This document shows, piece after piece, positions 39,629 through 52,542 of a DNA stretch of 64,000 nucleotides; position 1 is the stretch's first letter; each line of letters starts with the position of its first letter. Source of the stretch: the human T2T-CHM13v2.0 reference genome, Homo sapiens; assembly GCF_009914755.1 (NCBI RefSeq), contig NC_060929.1; one strand, given 5' to 3'. The notes below the pieces were generated by a model, which was not told the DNA's origin, searched no databases, and saw nothing but the letters and a program-made list of their open reading frames with translations. The translations under genes and the position numbers were made by a program.

Positions 39629-40145
39629 TGTATTGATCAGGATTCTCTAGAGGAACAGAACTGATAGGATAGATGTATTTATAAAGGGGAATTTATTAAG
39701 GAGTATTGATTCACACAATCACAAGGTGAGGTCCCACAATAGGCTGTCTGCAGCTGAAGGGCAAGGAAGTCAATCCAAGTCCCAGAACCTCAAAAGTAGG
39801 GAAGCCGACAGTGCAGCCTTCAGTCTGTGGTTGAAGTCCCAAGAGCCCCAAAGCTGAAGAAATTGGAGTCCCATGTTCATAGGCAGGAATCATCCAGCAC
39901 AGGAGAAAGATACAGGCTGGGAGACTAAACCAGTCTAGTCTTTCCATATTCTTCTGCCTACTTTTATTCTGGCCATACTGGCAGCTGATTAGATTGTGCC
40001 CACACAGATTGAAGGTGGGTCTGCCTCTCCCAGGCCACTTACTCAAATGTTAATCTCCTTTGGCAACACCTTCACAGACACACCCAAGAACAATACTTTA
40101 TATCTTTCAATCCAATCAAGTTGATACTAAATATTAACCATCACA
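39629..40145 (-). mobile_element. MLT2 (HERV-L LTR, A2/B-like) solo LTR
   Basis: TGTATTGATCAGGATTCTCTAGAGG...CAATCCAATCAAGTTGA...TTAACCATCACA; 5-bp TSD CACTG/CACTA. Confidence 0.92.
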
Positions 40146-41081
40146 CACTATGACATCCAAGTCTTGACCCATTGAAATTCAACCCTTTTGGACAAAAACT
40201 CACTTCCTGGTTACAGCCCTTTCTTCATGCACAGCTCAGGGAACAGAGGAGGCCAGTGAGAGGGTGTCTCCAGGAGGAAGATGCCCTGGCTCTAAGCTTC
40301 TTCTCTGGAGCTGGGGCTCAGTCAAAATAAAGTGGTGGTGATGGTCCTGCTGGATGGCTTTGTGTTCCCAAGTGTTTTACCATGTACAAAGAAATACAGA
40401 GGGTGTACCTATAGAACAACCCAGTCAGATTTGTTTCCAGCCTGAAATCTCTGGGGACAGGCCTCCAGACCGTTTTGTATTCATTGTGTTTTCTTTGTCC
40501 CCTTTATATTCCGGTGAGTCCCTCAGATCCAGATCTTTCAGGATTCAGTTCTAATGCCCTTCCACGGAGAGGGTTCCCCAACACCTTCCTGTTCTATTCT
40601 GGTGGCATTGCTGCCATCACTGTTGTGAGGATGGAGGTCCTGCCTTCTGCCTTCCTTGCTGTGTCATCCTTCTTTCTAACGTGGCATTATTTTCCCCTAT
40701 CCTGCACTGCCTGAGCTTATCACTCTGGCATGGATGGATTTTTGATCCCCCTTTGCTCCTGGTGGATGCAAAGTTACTTATGTCAAGTAAATGGTCTGGA
40801 TTAAATTAAGAGTCAAAGAGTTTTTATCTATTCCTGACAGTGATGTCATCTGTCACTTTTTAATGTAGTTAAATATCTTACCCTTTTGTTGTTAGGGAGA
40901 TGCTGAACTAAATCTATGATCACTGTTCATATCGACAGAGGTTCTGGGGAATCACACTGATAGCCACACAACAGTACTGGTGCTCAGTAAAGGGCAGCCA
41001 CGTGGCAGCAACTTCACAGACCATTGTAAACATAATGTCACTCAGCAGAAACAAGTTGCCTTATTGGTATGCACGTTCCCA

Positions 41082-41820
41082 TGCAATGGACTTAATTATG
41101 TCTCCCTGATATTCATAAATTAAACCCCCAATCTCCAATGTGATGGTATTGGGAGGTGGGACCCTGGGAGATAATCATGTTTACATGGGGTCCCGAGAGT
41201 GGGATTCTGATATGTTTGGATTTGTGTCCCTGCCCAAATCTCATGTCCAATTGGAGGATGGACCTGGTGGGAGGTGATTGGATAATGGGGGCGAATTTCC
41301 CCCTTGCTATTCTCATGATAGTGAGTGAGTTCTCATGAGATCTGATGGTTTAAAAATGTGTGGCACTTCCCACTCTTTCTCTCCTGCTGCCATGTGAAGA
41401 AGGTGCTTGCTTCCCCTTCACATTCCACCGTGATTGTAAGTTTCCTGAGGCCTCCCAGTCATGCTTCCTGTTAAGCCCGCAGAACTATGAGTCCATTAAA
41501 CCTTTTTTCTTCATAAATTACCCAGTGGTTCTTTATAGCAGTGTGAAAATGGATTAAATATAGGTGCCCATGACAGAATTAGTGCCCTTATAAGATGAGA
41601 CTTTGGAGAGCTCACCCTGTCCCTTCCCATAAGCCAGAAAGACCCTTAAGCAAGAAGGTGGCTGTTAGCAAGCCAGGAAGAGTCCTCATCAGAAACCAAC
41701 CAAGCTGGCACCCTGATCTCAGACTTCCAGCCTCCAGAACTCTGAGAAAACGCATTTCAGTTGTTTAAGTCCAACAGCCTATGGGGTTTTGTTATGACAG
41801 CCAGAACTCACTAAAATACC
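41082..41820 (+). mobile_element. MLT1A/MST-type LTR interrupted by a younger MSTA-like LTR
   Basis: CCAATGTGATGGTATTGGGAGGTGGG...[insert]...GAATTAGTGCCCTTATAAG...GCTGGCACCCTGATCTCAGACTTCCAGCCTCCAGAACT. Confidence 0.8.
41208..41562 (+). mobile_element. MSTA/THE1D-like LTR (nested)
   Basis: TGATATGTTTGGATTTGTGTCCCTGCCCAAATCTCATG...GATTGTAAGTTTCCTGAGGCCTCCC. Confidence 0.88.
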
Positions 41821-42191
41821 TTGTTTCTCAGATGAGGAACTGAAGCACCAAGAGGTTAATGAACCTCCCCTAGACATACAACCAAAGATGCAAGGGGCTG
41901 AAACTTTCATCTATTTCAGTTGACATACAACCAACCAATTAAGTTGAAGTTGATAGAAGCATTCAATTTCTAGATAACCTAAATAAAATTACCTGAATTT
42001 CTAGATGATTGAGTCCCATTTATTTATAAACTTTTGAAAGAGACTTTTAAAAATTCTCTATCTCATTATTTTCTTACTTTAAAATTTTTCACATTGAAAT
42101 AATGTTAAATTTATGGAAGAGTTGCAAAGATACTACAGAGAGTTTCCAGGTATCTTCCACCCAGCTATCTCTAATGTTATCAGTTTACACA

Positions 42192-42762
42192 TGTTGGGGT
42201 TCAGAAAACAATGCCTCAAAGTATGGTGCTTTGACCTGCTGGCCTCTTTGAACCAAAGGAGCAGCCCCAGAACCAAAGTCTCTATGACGCCCCCATGCAA
42301 GATTCTTGTCCTTCTGCCACTTCAGAAGTACAGGCAAGGGACCTTATCTGAGGTTCACTTCCCGAACTAAGGGAAGTTCCTCTGGAAGGAATGCAGTTGT
42401 GCAGAGCCTGCTTCTTATAATTTCATAAAACAATGAAGATTAACTCATGGGAGAAGAGACTAGAGTGGACACCACACCCAGAGCCCAGATAGACTCTGTC
42501 CCAGGCATTTGTTGGTTCTTCAAGCCCATTCATCTCCCCCAAAAATCATTTACTTTTCTTCTAACAGTGCCTACAGCCCCTACTTCCCTTTCCCCTGTGA
42601 AAAAGGTTATATAAGTCTCATTGGATTGTTAGGTATTGTGATATTTCCATGCACCTAATAAATTTATGTCTTATCTCCTATTAATCAGTCTATTTCAGTT
42701 CATTTCTCAGATTCAAATATCAAACCTCAACAGGGGAGAGAAAGGGTTCTCTTACCCCAATA
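42192..42762 (+). mobile_element. ERV1 solo LTR, MER34/MER39-like
   Basis: TGTTGGGGTTCAGAAAACAATGCCTCAAAGTATGGTGCTTTG start; TATATAA, AATAAA, CTCCTATTAATC. Confidence 0.75.
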
Positions 42763-42823
42763 TGTAATTTATTGTTATATATTTATTAAAAGTAAAAAAA
42801 TAATATGAGTGCAGTACCAGTAA

Positions 42824-43154
<331 letters not shown>

Positions 43155-43898
43155 GCACCCTTCTGTCCAATGCAGGACTCCACATCACCAGGGTGGTTTC
43201 CTGGGCATGAAGCCCAAGGAGTGCCAGGGCCTGGCCAATTCTTCAAGTTGCATTTATTCATGTTACCTTCATCTCTTCTGATTGTGGCAGCTTCTCAGTC
43301 TTTCCTTGTATTTGACAGTTTTGAAGATTGCTTGTCAGGTGTTTTGTTGAATATTCCTCAATTTGGATTTATTTAATGTCTTCTCATGATTAGCCTGGAG
43401 TTATGGATTTTTGGTAAGATGCCATAATTTTTTTTACATTGACTTCATAAGTGAAAACAAATTACTTAAAATTATTTTAACAAATAGAGAACTCTGGCAA
43501 AACTATCGTATGTCAAATAAATCCTATTATTTGCAAAGTATACCATTTCCGTTTTGATTGGTGAGACAATAAATATTTATGGATACATCCAGCCTCTGCT
43601 GATTTGTTTTTGTTGAAGTAAATTACACATAGTATAGAATTAAACAGTTTAAAGTGTAACCATTTTAAGTGTACAGTTCAGAGGCAGTTAGTACATTTAT
43701 TTATGAAGTAAATAGGCAGATAATATAGGAGAAGAATTACATCATGATTCAAAATTAACTTTAAAGCACAATATTTAGTTGTTCATTCTTTTCTTTCCAC
43801 AATGTACAAATTATGTCTCATTATCCTCAGAAAAAAATGGGCATCCATTTGCCAGTTATGTATATGTGTGTGTTTGTGTACATATGCATATATGTATA

Positions 43899-44308
43899 TT
43901 TCACACACGTCTGTGTGAAGAGACCACCAAACAGGCTTTGTGTGAGCAATAAAGCTGTTTATTTCACCTGGATGCAGGCGGGCTGAGTCTGAAAAGAGTC
44001 AACGAAGGGAGATATGGGTGGGGCCGTTTTATAAGATTTGGGTAGGTAAAGGAAAATTACAGTCAAAGGGGAGTTGTTCTCTGGCAGGCAGGAGTGGGGG
44101 TCACAAGGTGCTCAGTAGGGGCTTTTGAGCCAGCATGAGCCAGGAGAAGGAATTTCACAAGATAATGTCATCAGTTAAGGCAGGAACAGGCCATTTTCAT
44201 TTCTTTTGTGGTGGAATGTCATCAGTTAAGGCAGGAACCGGCCATCTGGGTGTGTACGTGCAGGTCACAGGGGATATGATGGCTTAGCTTGGGCTCAGAG
44301 GCCTGACA
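43899..44308 (-). mobile_element. Solo LTR7 (HERV-H)
   Basis: Minus strand reads TGTCAGGCCTCTGAGCCCAAGCTAAGCC...CCTTAACTGATGACATT (x2)...TATAAAACGGCCCCACCC...AATAAACAG...TGAAA; perfect TSD GTATA at 43894-43898 and 44309-44313. Confidence 0.95.
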
Positions 44309-44349
44309 GTATATATGTATATACATGTATATATATGTGTGTGTACATA

Positions 44350-44395
<46 letters not shown>
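44309..44395. repeat. (TA)n/(TG)n microsatellite; its other part lies at ~43858-43898
   Basis: Direct reading; split by the LTR7 insertion. Confidence 0.9.
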
Positions 44396-44399
<4 letters not shown>

Positions 44400-44679
44400 T
44401 CATATACACCATCAAATGAGTTGCAAGCCTGCTTGTAGAAAATGTTTTCCAGTATCCATGTGAGCAGAACTTTAGTTTATAAACTTTAGTTTGTAAAGAG
44501 AAAGAGTAGTACTTATCCAAGGGGAGCAACATGAAAGCATTTGTTAAATGGCATGCTGCTCGTCCTACGCACTTCTCTCATGAATCCTTCCACCACCCAC
44601 CACACCGTTGGAACTTTCCAGATGTAAATGCATAATGTTGTAGTTAATTTACTCAATTTTTCACTTTGTCTTACATGTA

Positions 44680-45573
44680 TTAATGGAAAAAAAAAGCTAA
44701 ACTCTGTAAAATACTTGAAGAGGTTTATTCTGAGCCAAATATGAGTGACCGTGGCCCAGGACACAGCCTTAAGAGGTCCTGAGAACACTCCAAGGTGGTC
44801 AAGTTACAGCTTGATTCTACACATTTTTAGGGAGGCAGAAGTTACAGGCAAAGACATACATTGATACCTGTAAGTTATACATTTAGTTAGCCTGGAAAGG
44901 CAGAACATCTAGAAGCAAGGGGGCTCATAGGTCAGAGGCTGGATTTAAAGATTTTCTGATTGGCAATTGGTTGAAAGAGTTAAGCTTTGCTGAAACCTTT
45001 GTAGTCTGCAGAAAGACATACTTGTGTTAAAATAAGGGAAGTTGTAGAAGCTGATGTTCTTGTCATGTAGATGAAGACTCCAGGTAGCCGACTTCAGAGA
45101 GAATATATGGTAAATGTCTCTTTTCCAACCTTAAAAGGTGTCAAACTCTGTGGAAAAGATCTAGTAAAGGAAGGACATTCTCTACAAAATGCAAATTTCC
45201 CTCACAAGAGAAGGCTGTGCAGAGCCCCTCCAAAATATGTCAAAGAAATATTAATATATAGTGGGGTAAAATACTTTGATTTCCTTCAGGATCTGTTTTC
45301 TGCCATGTGATGCTATACCAGAGTCAGGTTGGAATTCGAATTCAGTATCTTATTGCTACAAAGAGTCCATTTTATCAGTCTTAAGATCTCCATTTTAGCA
45401 TTAATGCTGGTCTGTTATGCCAGCTTCCTAAAGGGAGGAGGGCATAATGCATGTCTGGCCACCTTTTCCATCATGACCTGAAGTGGTTTTTAAAGTTTCT
45501 TTGGGATTTCCTTTGCCAAAAGGGAGGTCCGTTCGGTTGGCTGGGTGGCTTAGAATTTCATTTTTGGTTTATG
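44680..45573 (-). mobile_element. ERV1 LTR, MER4D-like
   Basis: Minus-strand start AAACCAAAAAATGAAATTCTAAGCC...AACCGAACGGACC; plus strand GGTTTATTCTGAGCCAAATATGAGTGACC...GAGGTCCTGAGAAC. Confidence 0.75.
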
Positions 45574-46908
45574 TATGCCTAGCTAGAATACATGAAAGTT
45601 TGCAAGCAGAAGCCACAGCAATTCACCTTTAGAATCCTAAATTGAGTATATCATTTCCTAAATAATATCTTAACAGATACTGATCCCTTGCAATGACCCT
45701 CAGGAAAGCTCTCCTCTGTCTGTTAAGCCTGTGCTGCCCAATGCTGGACTTCCCTTACAATGAGCCACAGATTCCCCAGCAGAATAAAGGCTAGGACTGT
45801 TCTGCTCCAAGAAACTCACCTTGCTCGGTCCAATCCTGCATTTCTGGAACTTGTTTGATCACAGATATCTTCGATCAAGAAACAACTGTTAGCATGCCGT
45901 TTGGGAGGGTGCGATCCTAGAAAGTTTTCTTGTGTAGAGTAGAACCTGGTTACCGATCATGATGTTTTAAAGCACCAAAATAGTTTTGTTTTTGTCTTTG
46001 TTCTTTTTCATCTGTGATAAACAAACCCCAAAAGGCATGTGAAACACAATGAAAAGGCACGCAGCACAGCTTGGTCACATGGAGAGCACTCAAAAGCTAA
46101 CTGCAAGGGCATCACAGGGGCAAAATCAGCATTTATATCATGCGCCTGTGACTTTGGTTATGTTAACTAAAATCCTGGTTACTCACTTTTCAAGTTACCC
46201 CCAAGACAAGAGTGAGCCTTGATCAGAAATGTTAGAGAGGAAATTGGGTGTTTGCCAAAAGAAATGTGCAAACATGAAACAAACATTTGCTGACTGTTAA
46301 TGCTTTGTCAGCCTAAGGGCATTCTTTAATGCACTGAAAGGAAACCAGAGCATAAACGAGGTGATTCCCTTGCATTTCCTCACTCCCCAGTTGGGGGCGG
46401 AGTGGGGGGAAGCAAGCATAAGCCATGTGCTTAGCATAAGGATTCATTGTTAAGGACCTTCTTAACCTCAAAAGGCAGCCTGTGCCAGTGATGGCTTCCC
46501 CCCAGCAGGTTAGGATATTCATACACAGAAAGCTGGTGTTACAGGGGCACAGAGCGGGTGGCGAATCATCGTGAAAGCGGTAAATTTTTAAGTCCTGGCC
46601 AAAACAGTGTGATGAAGATAGTCCTCTCTTGAGCATGATGACCCTAGCTGTCAATAGCCAGCGTGTCCTCCACAGCCATGGCCAAGAAAAACCCTTGAGT
46701 AAAATAGGACACAAAACTCTGAGAACCTGAGCAGGGTCCCTGGGGAAGACAGGAGCATCCATCAGGGGATGCTTGATGACAGCACAGACTCTGAAGCCAG
46801 GAGAACCATCCAACCCCAGCCTGTCCTGGTGCTCTCCAGCTGTAGCCACCACTTAACACCTCTGTGTCACAATTCATCCTCATCTGTAGGTAGGGGTAAT
46901 AACAGTAT

Positions 46909-47444
46909 TATTACAGAAAGGGTCCTAATCCAAACCCCAAAAGAGGGATCTTGGATCTCACGCAAGAAAGAATTTGAGGTGAATCCATAGAATAAAGAAA
47001 AGACAAGTTTATTAGGAAAGTAAAAGAAGGAAGAATGGCTACTCCATAGGTAGAGCAGGGTATTCCCGAAAACAAGAGGAGGAAGGCACCCACCCTAGGT
47101 GTAATGCTTGCTTACATACAGGATAAAAAAAAAATCATGAGTGATGTGCTCTACTACAAGGGTTTGTGATAAAAGATTAATTTTCATTAATTACAATATT
47201 TTGCAAGAATTGATATTGTTATCTTTAAAGCAAAATTAGGAATGCTTTTGTTCTCAAGCTATCAGAATATCAGGATATTCCTGGGCCTCGGTCTGTTTAG
47301 TAAACATTATTAATCTGTTCTCTTAACTGTAAACATCTAGAGGCTGGGAATGCCAGACTCCTGGGAATGAAGCCCAGCAAGTCCAGCCTCATTTGTCCAG
47401 GCTTCATTCAAGATGGAGTCACTCTGGTTCGAATGCCTCTGACA
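46909..47444 (-). mobile_element. MER41 (C/D-like) solo LTR inserted in a MIR
   Basis: Minus strand TGTCAGAGGCATTCGAACCAGAGTGACTCCATCTTG...TTCTTTCTTGCGTGAGATCCAAG; TSD GTAT at 46905-46908 and 47445-47448. Confidence 0.88.
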
Positions 47445-48029
47445 GTATCTCCTTTGAAGGGTGATTGGTGGTGATTAAAGAGTTCATAAACAGAGTCTCC
47501 AGGAACTGATCATCAGAATGGAGGGTGTTGTCTTCTTGGTACACTTAGGAGCAATGTAGCCAAGCCTGACTTTAAGATTCTCTGGATTACTAGCGTTGCT
47601 CCTAACCTGCCTGGAGTAACCTGATAGGGAGGAGAGAACACACCAGCAGTGGACCTCATGGGAAAGAGGGGAGAACTTGAACTTCACACATCACTGCTCT
47701 TCCATTCACTGCCGTTGCCCCACACATGCTCCAGGCCTTGCTGGCTCTGAGGAGATGCTGGCATACAGGCTGGGGGCCTCAGGAAGAGCTTTTCTACCCA
47801 TGCAATGAATGGGAAGTTGTACATACTGGAGGCAGGGCCACTGAATCTTTAATCACCGAACAGGCACTGCTGTGGGTGACGTCGCAACCATGCTGGTCAC
47901 TTCTGTTTATTTTTCAGTATTTATTTACAATGTTGCCTTTGGACAAGCTGCTTCAGTATTTTCCACTTTGGAAAAAGTCGATGCTTTAGAAAATTACGTT
48001 TATAAGCCAGAGTGTCGGATATGCTCTCA

Positions 48030-48275
<246 letters not shown>

Positions 48276-49279
48276 CTAGGGAATATGGGGAACATTCTCT
48301 CTCTCTTTTTCTCTCTGTCTCTCCCCATTGTGGCTGTGTATCTGTGTGTGTTTGTGTAAGGAGAGCTACTATGCCTGTTCAGGCAAGATTGCCACAACCT
48401 CCACTTTTAGCACAGGGTGAGCTGGTCTGTGGCCATACCTCAGCCAAGATCCTCAGTGTGACTCCACCACCCTGGGAGCTAAGGAGTTCACTCTGTTTGG
48501 ATGAAGGGGGAATCTCTCGGCGGGAGGGAAATGGAAGTCCCAGGATAATATATAGCAGGGAGGCTCAAAAAGAACCTGAGACACTACAGCAGTGTGTTGT
48601 GTTAACCCCAGTTACTCAGTGATGAGCGTGGTCACTGGAACAGTAGAAATACCACTTGGGATCAGAAATAAGTTATGTAAAGAGTGAACAATTAACTGAG
48701 GTCGTGAGGTGGTTTGAGCAACGCTGGTCACCCAGGCATTGTCCCATCAGCTCTGGGTCAGGTAGGATGTTATTTCACAGCATCCATCACTGCTTATCAT
48801 GCAAAAGGGAGACCAGTTTGCTTCATCACATCTTGACTGTCTTATGTCCTCAGTTTCACTCCCATGTGCCTGCAGGGCTTCATGTAAAACCCAGTATGAA
48901 AACTGGCAATGTGCAGAGGGACTTGGACACTTAAATCTATAAGCTGAACATGCATATTTCAGTTCTTGATGCCCAAGAAAAAACAATGGTAGTTAGTACA
49001 CTGATACTGAGCAAAGTAATATCATTCAAAACAGCTGCCCTATTACAGTGACAAACTGTAAGAAACACATCAATTCATTCACATGGGAATAGTTAATATG
49101 CGAATACCAATATAAATAAAGAAAAAACATATTGCTCTTACTTCAGCTATTAACTAGGCTTGAAAAATTAAACATTAATTCCTTCTGTCATTTTAGGACA
49201 TTATTGTCCCCTTTGTGTCCTAAGATATATATTCTTTTATTCTCATCTGGTCTTTATAGATAACTGTGAGTCATTCTGG

Positions 49280-49790
49280 AACTGTTTTAGTCTTCTAACC
49301 TGGAAGTCACATATAGGAGAGTTAATCACTCCTTCTGTCCCCAGAAGTAGTAGACTTGGGTTAAACAAAACCGATATGCATTTCTTTTTCACGAAAGACA
49401 AGCTGGCCAGGTGGTGGCACGCTGCGGGATGGGCTTGGCAGGATTTTTGGAGGCTCCTGATCTCTGAGGATAGCACCCTCCTCAGCACTCCACACACAAA
49501 TACCACTTCATTGTCCAAGATTGTCACTAGTGCTCCAGCCATTTCATCTATTTCCAGCCAGCAGGAAGGAGGCAGAAAAGAGCATTCTTCCTCCAAGGAC
49601 ATTACCTGTTTCTGCTCCGCTTATATTCTGCTAGCTAGAACTGATCTCTTGACATCAACAAGCTTCAGCAAAAACTGCAAAATGTAGTCTTCATTCAGCA
49701 TGACCCCTGTGCCCAACTTAGAATAAAAAACAAGGGGTCTTATCATTCAGCAAGAAGGGAAAGCCCCTACTGGGAGCTGCTGGGCCAGCC
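49280..49790 (-). mobile_element. Old MLT1 (K/L-like) LTR
   Basis: TCCAAGATTG...GCTCCAGCCAT...TTCCAGCCAGCAGGAAG...AAAATGTAGTCTT, antisense MLT1-like. Confidence 0.5.
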
Positions 49791-49958
49791 CAGCCATATT
49801 CATTCATCTTATGACATGAGTAGATTCTTCAAGTGTTCACAGAGGTGACATTTATCTTGTGCTACAAGTTCTTTTTATGTTTCTGGGTTATTTGGAGCCA
49901 TGACTGTGTAGGAAACTAGACTATTTCACTTCAAAATATGTGTGAACTAAAAAAGTAA

Positions 49959-50446
<488 letters not shown>

Positions 50447-50754
50447 TAATCAGAGAAGATTAAAATTCGTGTCACAGAGGAAGAGATTGAAAATTAAATA
50501 CCACACCCGGATCCCAGAGAGACTTAGAACTTTTTCTGTTCACGGGTCTCATTCACCCAAAAATAATTGTTCACAAGATAATGTCTGCCTCATGGGTCCA
50601 TTCATTCTCCCCAAAGGTCATTTGCTCCTACAGCCCCATCTCCCCTTTTTTATGATGAAGTGCATATAAGAATCCATACCCCATTGGGTTATTGGGTAAC
50701 CATGTTCCTGTGATTTCTCCATGCTATGCACATTAAAATAAGCTTGTACCTCCT

Positions 50755-51126
50755 GGACATGATTTGGCTGTGTCCCCACCCAAATCTCATCTTGAATTGT
50801 AGTTTCCATAATCTACAATGGGAGGGACCTGGTGAAAGGTAATTGAATCATGGGGCAGTTAAGTTACTCCCATGCTGTCCTCGTGATACTGAGTGAGTTC
50901 TCACAAGATCTGATGGTTTTATAAGGGACTTTTCCTCCTTTGCTCAGCACTTCTCCTTGTTGCTGCCATGTGAAGAAGGATGTATTTCTTTCCCCTCCAC
51001 CATGATTGTAAGTTTCCTGAGGCCTCCCCAGCCATGCTGAACTGTGAGTCAATTAAACCTCTTTCCTCTGTAAATTACCTAGTCCAGGGTATGTCTTTAT
51101 TAGCAGCATGAGAACAGACTAATACA
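50755..51126 (+). mobile_element. THE1 (C/D-like) LTR inside the 5' LTR
   Basis: ATGATTTGGCTGTGTCCCCACCCAAATCTCATCTTGAATTGTAG...CAGACTAATACA. Confidence 0.92.
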
Positions 51127-51219
51127 GACTTTTTTTCCTATTAATCTGCCTTTTGTGGGTTGATTTTCAACCAACCTTCAGAGGGTAAAGGGGAATCTTT
51201 CCCTTCACTCCTACAGATT

Positions 51220-51237
51220 TGGCACAGTGAGCAGGGT
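51220..51237 (+). other. Retroviral primer-binding site, tRNA-Ser-like
   Basis: TGGCACAGTGAGCAGGGT, 4 nt after the LTR end; 15/18 match to the reverse complement of the recalled tRNA-Ser(CGA) 3' end (TGGCGCTGTGAGCAGGAT). Confidence 0.7.
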
Positions 51238-52456
51238 AGACCCAAACCACTCTGCTCTTCTGGAAGCCACAGTCAAAGGAACCCAGGATATGACAACCAG
51301 AAAAAAAAAAATAGATGATAAGTTCTCACTACTCCCAGTCTCTTTCTCTATGAAATCTCTCTCTCTGTGAAATGTCATCACTACACATCTCTTTTTCCCT
51401 TCCAAATTTAAGATTAATGAGAGAAAAGCATTGTATGGCTAGTCTTAGGGGTAGCAACTCTGGTATACTTTTGGTGTGAATATTTATATGGTCTGATCCT
51501 TTTCCTTTCAGAAATAGTCTTTGTTTTTCTTTTCTCTTTCTCTTTTTGTATCATTGTGTTGTAAAGAGGGGTACCTTAAGAAAACATGATAAGGTTCTGC
51601 TTCATCTAGATTTACACCCTGAGAACCTGGCTTTTGTAACCAAGTGGGAAGGTTCTTCCCCTTGTCTCTGCCAGCTGGGAGCATGACTTCAGATTACATC
51701 TAGCGACCATTCTGAAAGGACTGGGAATCTCAAGACATGTAAAATTTTGAGCAGCACGCTCTTTGTTCTGAATGTGCCAAGCTCTCAGGAGAGTTCGTCT
51801 TAATAAGTTCCATCTCTATTGTCTGTCTAGTACTGGAAAAGTCCAGTCCCAGAAGTGCCCGCCTGGCAGCCCAGGTTAGCAGGCCTGTTACTGGAGCCAC
51901 CTCCACATGCCCCTGCATCCATGTGATTCTGAGACCAGAGGCATCACTCACACTGCACCATCCTTAACTGCCCAGGGCAGCAAAATCCTTTTGCTTTCCT
52001 AACCTACCTCTGAAAGTGAATTTTTTAGGATCATAAGGACTGCCTCTTCTATGCCCTCTCCAGGAATGCCTCTTGTTTATACAGTAAAAACATATCCTAA
52101 GCCTGGAAGGTGAGCTCCTGGTCTTTCCGTAAAGAGGCTTGTTAGATTGAGTCACTATTGAAATAGGTACACCACTAGAAGGTCTAATCATCTGTGGCCA
52201 GAAGATAAATTATTGGCATTAGAAACTCCTATATTTTAAAAATATTTTAGAAATCTCTCATTCTAAGCAAGGCCTTTTTTATATTTACCGAAGGATCAAG
52301 TTAAAAGAAAGATGCATAATAATGTCATGACTAGCCTTGGAAATTCTCTTGACAAAACGGAAGAACAAAAATCTAACCTAAAACAAGAGTTAAAATCCTT
52401 GAATGTTCCAACTGTCTTCTTCGGATTCCCTGAGGGATTTGTAAAAAAAGGCACCC

Positions 52457-52542
52457 ACCCTTAGACCAGTGGTTAAAATTGAGCACTTACACTGCTGTAG
52501 CCTGAATGCAGTTCAATTCCCTGATTCCCTTTCAGGGGGCCA
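52457..52542 (+). pseudogene. Degenerate tRNA-Glu-like sequence inside the ERV internal region
   Basis: CAGTGGTTAAAATTGAGCACTTACACTGCTGTAGCCTG...GTTCAATTCCCTG...TCAGGGGGCCA versus tRNA-Glu TAGTGGTTAGGATTCGGCGCTCTCACCGCCGCGGCCCGGGTTCGATTCCCGGTCAGGGAA(CCA); many differences are CpG transitions. Confidence 0.6.

Noticed and set aside
46313-46852. Longest ORF in the window (179 aa, minus strand)
   Set aside because: Non-ATG start, no domain, no splice context; consistent with chance
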